From Trypanosoma brucei (taxonomy: Eukaryota): a DNA stretch of 64,000 bases. A program made the translations under genes and the position numbers. The stretch spans positions 4,512,001 through 4,576,000 of the forward strand of contig CH464491.1 in assembly GCA_000002445.1 (NCBI GenBank), in the 5' to 3' direction. This document shows, one piece after another, positions 1 to 13,429 of the stretch. Within the stretch, counting starts at the first letter, position 1. Every line of letters begins with the position of its first letter. A model generated the notes under the pieces. The model saw nothing but the letters and a program-made list of their open reading frames with translations. It had not been told where the DNA came from and made no database searches.

Positions 1-1023
1 CTATCCAGGCTATATTGGCTTTCTTTGTTGCACCGTCTTTATGGCTTACGCACATGCCCCCGGCCGCTGAGGACTGGCCGCAGCAGCCGCCATTTGCATT
101 GCCTTCGAGGTTTCCTAGAACGAAAAACTTGTCTGCGCCGCTTCCTTTTGGCTTACTGATCATTGAGAGTAGGCTTTGAATTGATCCTGTTATCGCGTCG
201 GTTGAGGCCGCTGCAGGCTTTGAGAAGTTAGCGCATTGCGTTGTGAGGTGCTCGAATATCGCTTTGCCGGTTGTGGCACTGGTCCATTGTACATCTGGCG
301 TCGGAGTGCATGCTTCGCAGCACGTTTTGGGTTTGGCTCAGACTTCGCCTGATTTTGCACAGACACATAGAAAGTCATTTCCGAGAGATGTGCCCGACAG
401 CGTCCCCTTGTTGCCGCTCGCTGCGCCGCATTCGGCGTTTTGGTCGACGGCGTGCCCTACTCCAGCCTCCGCTGTGGCCGCAGGGCCTCCGTAAATGGCC
501 TGCTCGGCTGCTGTTGTGAACGCCGATTTTTTGGTTTGTGGGCCGGTTATCGCTGAGTTCGTGCTATATTAGAATGCCCGTTCCGCTAAAGCTTTAAGGT
601 GTTTTTTGTGCGCTCCAGAATGTTCGCTGCGTTTTTGAGCTCTCTTTCCTTTTGGTTTTTTGCCAGCTGTTGCCTAGATGCCAGCCATAAGTCATAGTAC
701 TTGCCCCAGCTCGCTACAGCATCGGGCGGGTCCTTTGGTCTGTTTGGGTGGTTTTTTTTGGTCTGACTCCCTTCAGGGTCGAACAGGTTTCTAAAGTTCT
801 CCGGGGATGCGGACATATTCAGAGCTCCAACGTCAGCCACTAGTGCTTTCAGTTCCGTAGTTACTTCGGCTGCCTCTGGTGGCGCCGTCAGAGCGTTGTA
901 GAAGCCACAAAGGGTGCTGAACGCTGCCGCATTCGTGCTTTCGCCCGTTGTTGCCGTCTCGCCGATGTCGGTACTCTTTAAGATTGCTACAGTTAGTACA
1001 ATTACCCACTGTAATGCATTCAT
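1..1023 (-). pseudogene. VSG: VSG (A), N-terminal domain, runs off window start; frame broken after codon ~145
   Basis: ORF 586..1023 (-) starts with a signal peptide (MNALQWVIVLTVAIL...) and a VSG-like N-domain. Below 586 the VSG-like translation continues only in other frames (e.g. ...GMCVSHKDGATKKANIAW near the window start, resembling the FCICV region of type-B VSGs). Confidence 0.6.
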
Positions 1024-1192
1024 TTCTTTGGTGTATTTAGTTTTTTAAAAGCTACTATCGCTGTGAGGGTAAGAATAGAATTTAAAGTATTGTTACTTTC
1101 TGACATCAGTACCGTTCCAAAGTTGTGTTGACAACTTTACATTTGTTTTCTTGCTTCCCAAGCAGGTTTAGACCCTTACACCTTCTTGTCTT

Positions 1193-2135
1193 TTACATAC
1201 CACTTTCTTTAAACATCCAACCACAAATTTTACCAAATTCAAAATCCCATTTCTTTCCATCTGTTGCTGAAGCTTGTGTTTTCCCATAATATCTTGTACG
1301 GAACTTCCTTGTATCCAGCATTTTGTACCAAATAGGATTTTTTCCAATCAACTTTGCTTTCTCTTTCCATGCAATTGGTAGACCTTGAAAATGAATGAAT
1401 AGAGCATCTCCAACTTCTACACCATGCGGAATACAAATGAATCTCTCTTTATAATCCAATTATCCCATTAATCAACAAAACATTTTCACCCACAACTTCT
1501 TCCTGAATTGCTCTCCAAATTAATAAGGGTTTATAAATACTTTGCTCTCACCACCATTCATCCCTTTGAATAACTCTTCAAAGGCAAATTCAAATTTCTC
1601 AAAAATCCATACCATTGCTATTAAACCTCCACCAGTAAGATAGGGTTTTACACTTGGAGGTGATTTCAGTAAATGAGGTAACTTCTTGTTCTCTTCTTTC
1701 CTGTGCGCAACATTAAAAAAACAATAATTTCTTTGTACATGCTCTTTGTAATCTGAGTGCAAAATAAAGTCCAACTGAGGTACATAGCAGTCGGATGTTG
1801 CCATGAATAGAATTGTGGAAATCTTTTCTCTTTTAATATATCTTCTTAACTAAACTTATCTTCCATCCCTGCAGTATTTTGTATAAAATACTTTACTGCA
1901 TTCCCATACATTCTCCTGATCATAAACAATGACATCAGATCTATCCAAATGAATTACAATATCCTCATCACTCGCATTCTGCTTCTCTAAAAATTCCATA
2001 ACCCATCTAGGCCTTTTAACATGGCTATATAAACCTCCTATCGAAGTTTTAATAATTTCAACATTGCTTAGTTTCGCACTCAATATTTTTCTATATAATC
2101 CTTGAGTTATTGTCGTTGGAACTACAACTACAATA
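1193..2135 (-). pseudogene. GT31 (beta-1,3-glycosyltransferase/Galactosyl_T)-like subtelomeric pseudogene, copy 1 of 4
   Basis: Three consecutive minus ORFs (1856..2083, 1520..1804, 1193..1459) in different frames. Motifs: VVVVPTTITQGLYRKIL (RxxxRxTW-like region), IVIHLDRSDVIV (DxD-like), KPYLTGGGLIAMVW (PYxxGGGY-like). Paralogous to 17385-18135, 53147-53850 and 60703-61470. Annotators may call these ESAG-like; I could not verify the name. Confidence 0.45.
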
Positions 2136-3074
2136 ATTCTGGATTTTTATTGTCATCATCGGTTATGTTTGTCTTTGTTATATCCTCTTGAAGTGATATA
2201 GCACTTCGACACACTAAATGTAATATAACCAATAAATCTTTCAAGATACATAACTTTATGTCATAAAATACTTTAATGAATGAAAGGAATGTGTAAAACA
2301 TTTTTTGAATGTATATAAACTTGTACACTAAGTTTTTTAGTTGAAGAAACAGTGTTAACAAATATAAACAATATCTTTATATAGTTTAGATATGGGTTTT
2401 GAAAGAAATGCGCGTCGTGTCTAAAACTTATGTTTGAGCACACACTTGCGGTCCCTGTCTTAGAAGTTTGCTTCTGTCACGGCTAGCACCTCACACTATG
2501 ATTCTTTTGCTTTCACTTGCATTTATCGCATTTTTTAATTATGCATTTTTATGGTTATTACAGCAGGTAGGTGCACTATTAGTGGATACATACTGAGAAT
2601 TTTACTAATTTATACTGATAAATATTCTAAACATCGGATTTCATAAGGCCCTGATCGGAGTAGCTGTAATAACTACCGCACTGTTTTTGCTAGCATCATC
2701 TCCACCGCCGCGTCTCTCTATTATATAGTGAATCGTGGAGCACAACATTCTCCTGTATTATTTCTTTCTTTTTTACCTTCTGTCGCTGTTTTTATGGATA
2801 AATTGGAGTCACCAATTTGTCCTGCAATCCCTCTTTCCTTATTGTCCCCTCCATCTTATCTCTGTGTATGATGATTCCCATAGTAATGTTTATGTTTAAA
2901 ACTGAACATCTTTCACATTTTCACTTTCTCCTATTAATTATGTCTTTGTGCGTATCTTTTAATAACACTCTCAGTATTCCCATTCACTCTTTTACTCCAA
3001 CAATACCCTTGCCATTGTTTTAAATTCTTCTCTTTTGTTCAAGCTACATGGTCTTTACAGAACCTCCAATCTTC

Positions 3075-3150
3075 TTATATTAATAGTATGCACAAACTCA
3101 TAACACACTCCTACCACTATCATAATCATCATTATTATTACTGTTATAAC
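3075..3150 (-). repeat. 70-bp repeat element (minus orientation)
   Basis: ...actcataacacactcctaccactatcataatcatcattattattactg... is the reverse complement of the GTGTTGTGAGTGTG...TATTATAATAAGAG core plus TRR triplets. Confidence 0.55.
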
Positions 3151-3371
3151 CCTAAATCACTCCTAATATCCATAAAATTAACAAATGTATAAATTAGAGT
3201 AGCATTCTTTTTTCGCACCGCATCATCATAGTAATTTGCACTGACAAAACACTTCCATATAAATATTTCAAAAATACACATCTTCATCAAAAATTTTTAT
3301 AATATATCAAATTTTAACAAATCTTAATTATTTTCATAAAATTGAGCAAAAATACTTAAAATTATACAAAC

Positions 3372-4892
3372 TTACCGACGCACAAATCGAAGCGAATTTC
3401 TTATTAACAAGAAAGTTGAAATATTTGGAAGAATTATTTCCCATTTGCAGCCGTGATCCTTTCCAGAATCACTTTCTGTTTTCGCTGCACATTTCTTCTT
3501 TTTCTTTTCTTCCCCTTTGCCCTTCTCCACCGCCACGCAATTATCACCTTTTAATTCGTATCCTTCTGTTGTTTTGCATTTGTCCTCGTATGTTATTGCT
3601 TGACACTTGTTGACTTCCGCTGAAGGCGTGATTGTGGGCTTGCTTGTTGATTCCGGCATTGCCGTGTTGATTTTTCCTTCCAAGTAGGCAATAATTTTGG
3701 CAGCCTTTGGCCCGGATGCAAGGTCTGTCAGCTTGCCGTTTATTTTCTCATCTCCTATTTGAAAAGAGTGCTCTTTTGTTTTCGTCTATTCAACGACATC
3801 CTTGGAAAAGGCTTCCACCGTGGGGCCTAGCGCGGCTTTTATCAGGGCTTTGGTTTTGCCTTTATCATTGTCATCTTTTTCAAATGGTTGGTTAAGCTGG
3901 AGTGCTATTAGCGTAGCGATCTCGGAATCAGCTTCTATGTCGCTCTAGCTTCCCTGAAGTATTGACGCGGTGTCTAGTTTTGGCGCGTTCAACGCATTAC
4001 AAACAGCCCGCGCCACTTTTGCGGTTCCGAGTGAATCCCAGGGCAAGCTGTCCGTTTTTGCTTTGCATCCACCGCGTTTAGTTAGTGTGTCAAATATGTC
4101 AATATCCGCTGTCGCTTCTAACAGTGCGCCGGCGCTGCCTAGTTCTCCTAAGTATCTTCCATTTTTGGCGCTGCTGTCGGTGTCGACGAACCCTGGATGG
4201 CCTGAGAGTGCCCTGTGACCTTCTACTGGTGTGCCTTTTACAGCTGCTTTCAGTGTTATACTTGCTTGTTTCAATATTGCGTCGTTTATCATTTTTAGTT
4301 TGTAAATTTCATCCGCCTTGACGTCTGCTTGTTTGACTTTGTGGCCTGCCGTTAGATCGTCAATGTTGCAGTTGGCTCCTGTTTCGACTGTTGTCACGGC
4401 CGCTTTGTTCGTTGTCACTACTGTTGTTGTCGCTGGTGAAGCTTCGCTTGTTTCTTGCGTTGCCGTTCCTGGCTGTAGAGTTTTGATCCGTAGTTTTCGG
4501 CACATGATTAGCCTGTGCACCCTTGTCTTTAGTACCGTTGCCGCTGCTTCCAACTTTTGGTCGTAGTTTGGTAATTGTGTTAGTGCAGCCATTGCATTCG
4601 CTTCTTCGATGCTTGCTAGAGTACGCAGCCCGGCTGCTCTTTCTCTTCCGCCTTCCGCAGTGGCCAGTCTTAGTGCTGCGGCGGTTGCTGACAGCGTCAG
4701 AGCTACTGAAGTTCCTGATGTCGCTTGCTGTCTTGACATAGAATCCAGCGCTAGATCGTACCGGATTTCCCCACAGCTCTCTGTTACTTGTTGGCCGGCA
4801 TCGTGTACGCCATCTGTTGTTGCTGCGGTCGCGCTCCGGTGGAGAACCAATGCAGTCAGTAAAGTTACGTAGAGGGAAATGGATATGAACAT
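3372..4892 (-). pseudogene. VSG: VSG (B); N-domain ORF plus out-of-frame C-domain
   Basis: ORF 3945..4892 (-), 315 aa, has a signal peptide (MFISISLYVTLLTALVLHRSATA) and N-domain. ORF 3372..3683 (-) carries a C-domain (…GCKWE…) in another frame, and the GPI tail is lost. Confidence 0.7.
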
Positions 4893-6559
4893 TTTTGTTC
4901 TTGAGGTTTCTCTAGCGTTGTAGAGCGGTGTAATTTCTGTTAAATGCGATTTAGCTACTTGATTTGGTCGTTTTAAAAGTTTGGCTTTAGTCTACGGCGG
5001 TTTTGGAGCTGGTAGTTGCCGACCGCCGCGAGGTTAGTGATGGATCTGTTTTGCTCAAGATGAGGAAAAAAAAAGCGATTTTGTGAGTGTCCATTACGCT
5101 TCCAGTAGCATTGTTTGGTCAGTTGGCCGCTGCTATACGATGGCACTTGTATGCTTTGTGCGGCCTCTTTTATGCGATGCTGTTTTCTGGAAATGTTTAT
5201 GGTGAACATCCATATGAAGGCACTCATCGTTTGCGAATTTCCCTACAAAAACACTATCGATTCCCTCTTTTCTCCTGTTTCGTTATTAGAACCAGTTGAA
5301 TATCGCATATTAATAATCAGACCGCATTTTCGGTGGTATCTTCGCCGACATTCTGTGTTGTCTTGCTGAAGACTGTCTATACAAAAGTTCAGTTATTATT
5401 TTTTTGTTACTTTTCTTAACCATTTTTCTGTGGAGGCCACCGTTTTTCTTTTTGATTTCGCCATGAATCTCATTTACTTCGCCACAACCACGCATGCTGA
5501 CGCTACTCAGTGGTCTAATAGTGCCTTTTTCGTATAAGATACAGTAAATATGGGTCGCTTTCTGTTGCGCGGTTCCTTGTTTCTTTCAAAGTAATCGGTG
5601 TAGGCCCTGATTGAACTATACTGGGATGTGAATAGTATATTTCGCTGGGCCTCTCTCGTATTTTTGCCCGCCGTTAGTGCCACGCTTAATTTATAACTCC
5701 GCAGAAAACTGTCTGCAGAAGGGGCTGAAATTGTGATCAGTAAAGGCCACGCTTGACAAGTTTCTCTCTATCTTTTTAAAAATAGATTCATTTGCGCTTC
5801 TATTATGCCAACTCCTTCTGATCTACTAAATTTCTCATTGATCTTTAATTTTCATTTCTTCAGTTGGCTATGTTATAGAAAAAAACAAAACACTTATTTC
5901 TAACTAATAACATTTCCAATCTACATGAGTGCGCGGTTCACAGAAACTAACATTTTTTACACTCTCTTATGATGAAATCAATATATTATTACTGCTGTTC
6001 CTCTAGCAATTAGAATAATCCTTGCATCTTCTGCTAGTCTTACTAAATATTGCGTTAGTATATACACTTGCCGAAGAATCGGGTTCAATATTTAGCTGCT
6101 CGTTTCAATTCTCTTCCACACACGTGTGAATAACGAAGATGGACACATTTTTATACACATGAAACTGCATTATTCATTTTTATTCTATGTGGTAGACTGC
6201 TGTACCTCAATTACAGTGCTTTAAGTGATAATAGCGCATTTTCCAAAGAGTTCTAAAAAAATATTCGCAACACTACTTTTAAATATCTTGTACTTACAAT
6301 GCTTCTTTGTGTTAGTTGAAATAAATCCATTTGGCATACACACTGGATTTTCTGTATCCACCTCATTGGTCCCCCCATTATTATTCTTGTGTATGATCAG
6401 TCCATTGCTATGATGTCATTTGTAACTGCTTACATGCTAACTGCTCCTTTTTTAACAATAATTCTCGTGTTATTTCCCCGCCGGAACCACTATCGCACTC
6501 ACTTCTATTGGTCCAATTTCAATCTTTATTTTTTTGCCTCTATTTAGAATTCCAATTTA

Positions 6560-6660
6560 ATGTCAGCATATACTATTATAATATTAGTATATACACACTC
6601 ACAACGCTCTCTTATAATTGTTATAATAATTATTCATTGATATTATTGTCATAACCGTAA
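6560..6660 (-). repeat. 70-bp repeat element (minus orientation)
   Basis: atactattataatattagtatatacacactcacaacgctctcttataattgttataataattatt. Confidence 0.55.
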
Positions 6661-6981
6661 GTAATATTCATGAAATAAGTTAAATTAAAATATTTTCATG
6701 ATATCATTCATTTTGAATACCATGTCACTTTACTTATACTTTTTCCCCGTAAGCCATTACCATATACAATTTACAAATTTCATATTTTTAAAAAATTTTC
6801 ACATTTCCAACGAAAAGTTTTAAAGTCTATATCAAATTTTACAAAACTTTCTCAAAATACTAAATTTTACAAATTTCATAAGATTTAGCAAAAATCCTTA
6901 TAAAGATAGAATGCCACCGCACTCACAAAAGCATTAACCGTATTTACAGCAATTATTTATTTACAAAGAAGTAAAAGAGCG

Positions 6982-8621
6982 TTACTCCGGCTTGGGAAGC
7001 TTTCCAGTATCATCAGCATAATCAATCAAACTACATACTGCTTTCTGACCAGGTTTTACATCTTCGTTTTCCGCTTTACAGGCTTGCTGGGTTTTGTGTT
7101 TACTGCAATCTAACCCCGGTACTTGTCTCTTCTGTTTCTGCTGCGTTTTCTGTTCCTGGTTTAGGTTTGCATTTCTTGCCATCTTCGGCTTTCTCATCAT
7201 AGTCGCAGTGCTCGCTTGGGCATTCTGCGGCGGTTGTGTTTTGTGGCTTGCATTTGCTGCCATGCTATGTTGTTGGCTTGTTGACTGGCTTTGCAGGCGC
7301 CGAAACCATAGCTGCGTTTATTAAATCCTTCATTAACAAAACTTCTTCCATTTGCCTTTCTACGTTTTGTGCCGCTATTACCAGGTTTTCAAGTTTTTGC
7401 CTTTGGTGGTCTAATCTTATTAGGTCTGTTGCAGCTTTCGTTGCTTTTGCGACCCACGGAATTTCTTTTCCTGGTTTTCGTACTGCGGAATAATCAATGC
7501 AGACGCCCATGCCGGCTGCAGACCAGTCGGTTGTTGTGGAAGTGCATGCTGGTGCTGTGCTGCCATACACGAAAACACCGTAAAAATTGCCGACTTTTGC
7601 TGCGCCGTTTGCAGCGCTTGTTACTGTTGCGATTTTTATCATGTTTTTTCCCAGTCTTGCCTTGAAGTCTGCAATTGATGCCAGTATTAAATGAGCCCTC
7701 TGTGCTAGAGTATTACCTACTGGGCTTTCTTTGCAGAGTTTTAGTGTTGCTTTCCAGTCGCTGATGACGACAGAGGTTGGCTTGTTTGTGCTGTGGTCTG
7801 TGCTGGTAAGGGTTGAAGTTTGGCAAAATGTGTGTCCGCCGTTTTTTTTTGGCGAAGCATATGCACAACATGTCCGTTGCAAGTGCCATACCAGCTTTTT
7901 TTGGCGTTTGGTCCGCTTCTGCGCAGTTAGCGTCCCGGTCGGCGGTTCCGTCCCAGGGTAACGTTTCTGCTGTAAGTTCTGCTGCTGGCGAATATGCCGT
8001 CATCGTTTGTGCCGCCATCGCCTTAAGCTGGTCTCCGGTTGCTGCTTGCATGAGCTTGAGTCTGGCTTCCTTTGTGTCTGCGATTAACTCCTCCTCATTT
8101 TCTGTGAACTTTGTGTGAATTTCGAGTAGTTTTTTGTACAGATGTGCTATTGGGTTGCGGAGGGCGTTTTTGGTTCTGGGGCTTAGAGGTGTTTGGTAGG
8201 TTCGGCTGAATCCTTGCTTTCCGCTGTCGGTTCCAAGTACCTCTTTGTAGAGTTGTCGAAGTTTTTTGAGGTCGCCATCATTTTCCAACTTTAAGTATCC
8301 TTTCTTGTCGGCATCGTTATCGACATCTTTTTTCGTTTTGTATTTCTCCGTGTTTCTGAAAACTACGTCCACCGGTTCCTCGGCGACTGTTAGATTTAGC
8401 TTGAGTGCTCTGTTTAGGACTTGAGACATTGTGTCATGTGGCGCCTGGTCTGTCGACGATGCTGATGGTTCCTGAATTTTTTGTTCTGGCAGTGGTTCTG
8501 TTAAAAGCTTGTATATTGTGCACAACTGAGCTATTTCAACCTGATTCTCGTCTGTTGCGTCATTAATTTGACTGTTTAAGGCGACAAAAAGTAGCAGAGC
8601 TACGGCGAAACCTCTATTCAT
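6982..8621 (-). pseudogene. VSG: VSG (C); frameshifted N-domain; C-domain truncated before GPI signal
   Basis: ORFs 7713..8621 and 7265..7882 (-) overlap in different frames (signal peptide MNRGFAVALLLFVALNS). The C-domain ORF 6982..7263 ends ...DYADDTGKLPKPE* with no hydrophobic tail. Confidence 0.7.
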
Positions 8622-9954
8622 CTTCTGGGTATAAGTATCTCAACAATGATTAAAAAGTGAGGAAAATAATGCTGAAAAAACGCAAGGTTATTGGGTGTAG
8701 ATGGATCCAGCTTATGCAATCTGTAGAGGAAAAATTGGAAAACTTTGTCGCTGCATCCTCTTAGTGTATGAGTAAAAAGGAACGGGAATTAGCCGATGAA
8801 TTTCTATTTTTAATTCAAATACAGATTATTCCATATATATATATATATACACTGAATTTAGCTTCGAATATTAATGCATTGCAACGTATCTTTAAAAAAT
8901 AACATACATATTTCTACGATTAAATTTTCAAACCTTGCGCTTAGCTATCATTTTCTGCTGGCGGCAACTCAATACACGCTGTCATAATAACCAAGCAATA
9001 CCACTATATATTCCGGTCATGAATGACTCTTTGTTTCTGAGTATTATCATCTTGCACTTCTTTGGGTCTATAGCGTTTAGCACTGAGCAGTGTAGCTGGT
9101 AAATTACATTTTTGTAGCTTTGGTTTATAAAACCGATCTTTTAGCTGTGCATCAGCATCAAATCTTATGTTAAATAACAGCTTATCGAAGGGCCGTAGTG
9201 TTTGTCAGCATACCTATACGGATTTTGGAAAGTGTAACTATTGATTCTCTATCCTTTGTAAAAATTCTTCATTAGTTCATGTTGGTCATTTCAGGTAGTT
9301 TTCAAGTTTTTACTTTTTTTTCTGTCCAGGGTAATATATTACTAATTCTAGTTTAAAATCAACCTCCAAATAATATTATATTACTTAACTCAAACCTTCA
9401 CGCGTATTGCTGTATATGGTAATAAGAGTTCAATTTCACTTCATACTTGTTCAATCCATTTTTCTGCTTCTGCTTCTTAATTTTCTTGTTTGGAGATGAA
9501 TGCTAAAATTCACAATCACATTAAATATAACAGAAGCAGCATTATCTTCGAAGTTTTTTCTAACCATTCCAGCCCGCAGTACAGTGCATCATCGTGTACC
9601 CTACGCCGTTGTATACTACTTTACTCCCCGCCATTTTGAGTATTCCATTTATTTTTCTCCGTATTCTATTTCCTTTCTGGTCTTCTGTAATAATTGCTTC
9701 GGTTAGTGTTTTGACTTCTTTTTGTCCATAAAATAGACTCTGGTTCTTTCCTGTTGTCTCCTTTTTCTCATTCTTATGATCACGTATTCAATCATTATAT
9801 TTGTATTTGAAACTGCGAATATTTCTTCATTCCCTTCCATTTCCCTCTTTGTGGATTTGCTTGCTTTTAAAAATATTCTTCATGCTGTAATATTTCCTTA
9901 CCCAGCAACTTCCATTATACCATTTTCGTTGGTTAGAGTACATTTGATCGCCAG

Positions 9955-10085
9955 CCATTTAGTCACCACAACCACCGCTCAAAATATTAAAATATTAGTA
10001 TATACACACTTACAACACACTCCTATTATTACTATTATTATTTATTATTTATTATTGATAATACTGTAATAATTCTAATTAATAT
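9955..10085 (-). repeat. 70-bp repeat element(s) (minus orientation)
   Basis: ...aatattagtatatacacacttacaacacactcctattattactattattatttattatttattattgataat... Confidence 0.6.
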
Positions 10086-10243
10086 CCATAGAATAGACAA
10101 AATAAATAAAATTATAATTTAACTTATTTTTCATACTATATCTCCTTACTACTTGATATCGATAGACACTATGATATATATTTTACTGTAATTTTAGATT
10201 TTACAGTTTTTGGTTATCCACATTTTGCAAAGAATTTACAAAA

Positions 10244-10259
10244 GTGTTAAAATATATTA
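10244..10259 (-). promoter_or_regulatory. VSG 3'UTR 16-mer (TAATATATTTTAACAC, 15/16)
   Basis: The plus strand reads gtgttaaaatatatta, about 150 nt downstream of the VSG D stop. Confidence 0.6.
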
Positions 10260-10400
10260 AATTTTATAAATTTTACCGAAGTCTATCAAGCACGAAAATT
10301 TCATATAACTTCATAAATTGAGAAAAAATCCATAAAGTGATAAAATACTGAAATTATACTGGTTTTATAAGGGAAGCAGTAATCAGAGCGAATTTTTTAT

Positions 10401-11931
10401 TTACAAGATAACTGGAGTCAAAGCATTTAATTTTTTTTGCTTTTTCATCCTCTTTATCTTTCCCACACTCCATACACAATGCTTTTTGGCATCCTTGTTT
10501 ACTGCCTCACATTCCGGTTGTGTGGTAATTTTTTCTGCAGTCAGATTTCCCATCTTTCCAGCCTGTTTCTTTATTTGCTTACTCTGCTGCTTTTTGTTTG
10601 TCTTTTTCACTTAGCATGCACCTTTTTTTTCATCATTTTATTCCTTATCCCATATGCAAGGTTTTCACATTTTTTTCCTTTGTTAAGCTTTTTTCATTAT
10701 ACTTTGGCTTCTGAGCTCTGATCACTTGAATCGGTGGACCCTGAATCCCTTCTGTTGTCGGATTCTGCGCTGCTTGGACTGTTAGGGCCGCACGTGGAAC
10801 AGGGTGCGCTCGCTTCTTCAGCGCCTTCATGCTTGCTTCAAGCGCATTGTGCCTTGCGATGGACTACTCTTGCTGATACAGTTCGCTAGGTCTCCTAGAT
10901 CGTCCAGCCCATGGATCTTGTCTGCGTAGTTGCTGGCCGCATGTACCGTATCTGGTGAATTTTCCACATGCGCCACTGCTATTTTGACCATCACGGTCGC
11001 TGCCGTGGATCACGCCATAGTAGCCATGGCTGTTTATGACCTTAATAGCGTTACGTATGTTGTGTGCTAGCTGACTCACCGCTGCCGAGGTTGCTTGGAA
11101 TACCTTGCGGTGAAGACAGTGGCCAAAAACTTCGCCAAACTCCCGTTTCCAGTCCGGGGCTGAAGCGTCTGTCCAGGCGTTGGTCATAGTCTGCTTTCGG
11201 AAGCAAGGTGTGGCTAGGTTGGCTCTGCTGTCCTTGACACATATACAGAACATTACCGCGGCTGCGCTCGTGGCCTTTTGGCCCTCACAGTCTGTGGTTC
11301 GCGAGTTGGTTGCACCATTTAACGCTTTGGTTTCATCAAAGGTGTTATCAGTGGCTTTGGCTCCGTAAAATTTTTGAATTAAGATCGCTTTCACGCTTTG
11401 TTTATTCTGTGTGTTTGCTGTTTCCTGATCAGCTGTTATCTGAGCTCGCAGCTCCACCGCTTCGGCCAGTGCTGTGGTTACGAGTAGCCAAGCCTGGTCA
11501 GCTTGCTCTGCGGTTAGTTTTCCTTGCCTCACGCCTTTTAATTCTGGTATAATGTTGTCTGTAGAGGTAAGCCGTTTGTGTGCCGAAATCCATGCTGTCC
11601 AGTGTGTCTTCCAGCTGTCGTCTATTTCCCCTGGAGTTAGTGAATAGTTTTTGGCCACTTCTGCCCAGTCAGATGTTTCTTTTCCCAGGGCTAGTTTTGT
11701 GAACCATGAAGGTGGTGCGAAGGTTAGATTGAGGTCCTGCAAAGATGCCAAGCTATCGTCCTCGTCGACCGCCCGTTTCGGCAACTCGATGTCCGCATTG
11801 GCTGCTGCGCCTATAGCACACAAATGGTTGAAATAGATATGGTTCTCCGTTGGATCAACGTTTCCAGCGGCGTGCTTTGTTGCTAAAACAGCAATGAACG
11901 TCGCTGCTGCTATCTTATTGAGCGAAATCAT
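10401..11931 (-). pseudogene. VSG: VSG (D), type-B-like N-domain ORF (355 aa) with frameshifted C-domain
   Basis: ORF 10864..11931 (-) has a signal peptide (MISLNKIAAATFIAVLATKHAAG) and the ...AAAVMFCICVKD... motif. C-domain pieces lie in two other frames (10645..10830, 10401..10610). Confidence 0.7.
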
Positions 11932-12639
11932 TCGTGCAGTTTGATTTGTTCCCTGTCTTGTGCTACAAAGAGTTGAACAACGTAGAGAAAGTAACGAAAC
12001 CGCTGACTCTGTATACGCAACATTACCGAAGTATTACCTGCTTGTTAGAAATGGAGCCGGTACTGGAGTGCCACCTCCGTGGTGTCGCTTTAAGTCTTTG
12101 CAGCTTGGGCCTGCCGTTACGCTTGCCTGCTCTCCGATCGCGGTGGTATTTTCCATAAATTTTAAATTCTGTTATCTCTTTTACATTAGTTATTTTCTAT
12201 CCCGGCGTCACGTCTTATGTGTAGAGATTACTTCTTTATCCTCTGAAAAACCGACCGAAAATAAAACTCACTCATATTCTATAAATGAACATTGTATTAT
12301 GAGCTTTCTGCTTATGATTATCATCTTTTTTCTCTATCACATTAAAAACTACAGACAAAACTCTCATCTTTACAGTAGGGTCTATCCTTTTTTAGTGAAA
12401 TGTGTTATACAAATTCCTCCTCTATCTTTTCCTTTTGTGCTGCTTTGGTGCATAATCTGTCATTTCATTCACCATTTTCTCTTCTTTCTTTTCTCGAGTA
12501 CGGCTTTTCCACGCAAGATCTGTCACTAAAAAACTCTTTCATTCCTTTTCGCACACCGATTGATATTCAAACGCAATTCAAACACTTCTGTTGCTTTAAT
12601 TTCAACTTTGATCACGGATTTGCCTCACATACCTTGCAA

Positions 12640-12700
12640 TAATAACCAACACTCATAACACACTTCTCTCATTATCATTATTATCACTATAACAACCTTA
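12640..12700 (-). repeat. 70-bp repeat element (minus orientation)
   Basis: aaccaacactcataacacacttctctcattatcattattatcactataac. Confidence 0.5.
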
Positions 12701-12992
12701 AATAATATCCTTGAAGTCAAAAAAATAAACCAAATCAGAATAGCGCAAATTTTTCACATTATATTACTCTATACCTTTACACTTATAGTGCACTCTTACA
12801 TCAAATTTTCACTTTTAATCGAAAAGTTTTGATTTTATCAAATTTTATCAAACATTCTCAGATTTATCTAATTATCTGAAAAAACAAAATTACATAATTT
12901 TCAAAAAAAGTGAGCAAAATCCTTAAAATAATAAAGCTCTACAGAACTAATATAAGAAAAAATCAGAGAAATTTTTCTTATTGACAAGAATA

Positions 12993-13304
12993 CTACCGTT
13001 TCGGATTTTTTTCTGTAACATCTTCACCATGTTTACCCTTTCCAAATGCACAATTTTGTTTGTCATCTGCTTTGTCATTTTCCCAACTCGTTTTATCACC
13101 ATGTTGCTTACAGTTAGAGTACGTTGCCCCCTCTAGTTGCTCTTCTGCTCCTGCTGCTGCATTTTCTGCTCCTAGTTTATGTTTGCATTCCCCTTTTCCA
13201 TCTTTTTCTTCCAATTTGCAACCTTTGTTTGTGCAGGTCGTGTTTGTTTTGTGGTCATTGCAGCCTGGTCTATGAAGCTCTGTCGCACCTTCCTGTGCGG
13301 TCAT
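12993..13304 (-). pseudogene. VSG: Orphan VSG C-terminal-domain fragment (no N-domain, no GPI tail)
   Basis: ORF (-) encodes ...CKLEEKDGKGECKHK...CKQHGDKTSWENDKADDKQNCAFGKGKHGEDVTEKNPKR*, a Cys/Lys-rich VSG C-domain pattern. Upstream of it is low-complexity sequence, not an N-domain. Confidence 0.5.
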
Positions 13305-13429
13305 TGAAGAGAAGCACCTCGCAAAGCGCAGAGCTGAAATTCACAAAAGAAAAATTATGGTGCTGTGTAACGATGCGTGAGTAAAAACGAATATGAGAAA
13401 AATTCAAGTGAAGATGGCCGGCCGCTAAA

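Noticed and set aside
11960-12529. 189-aa ORF (plus strand) between VSG D and its 70-bp repeat
   Set aside because: It is low complexity (Phe/Leu/Ile-rich from AT-rich DNA) with no conserved features. It lies on the opposite strand to the surrounding cassette.
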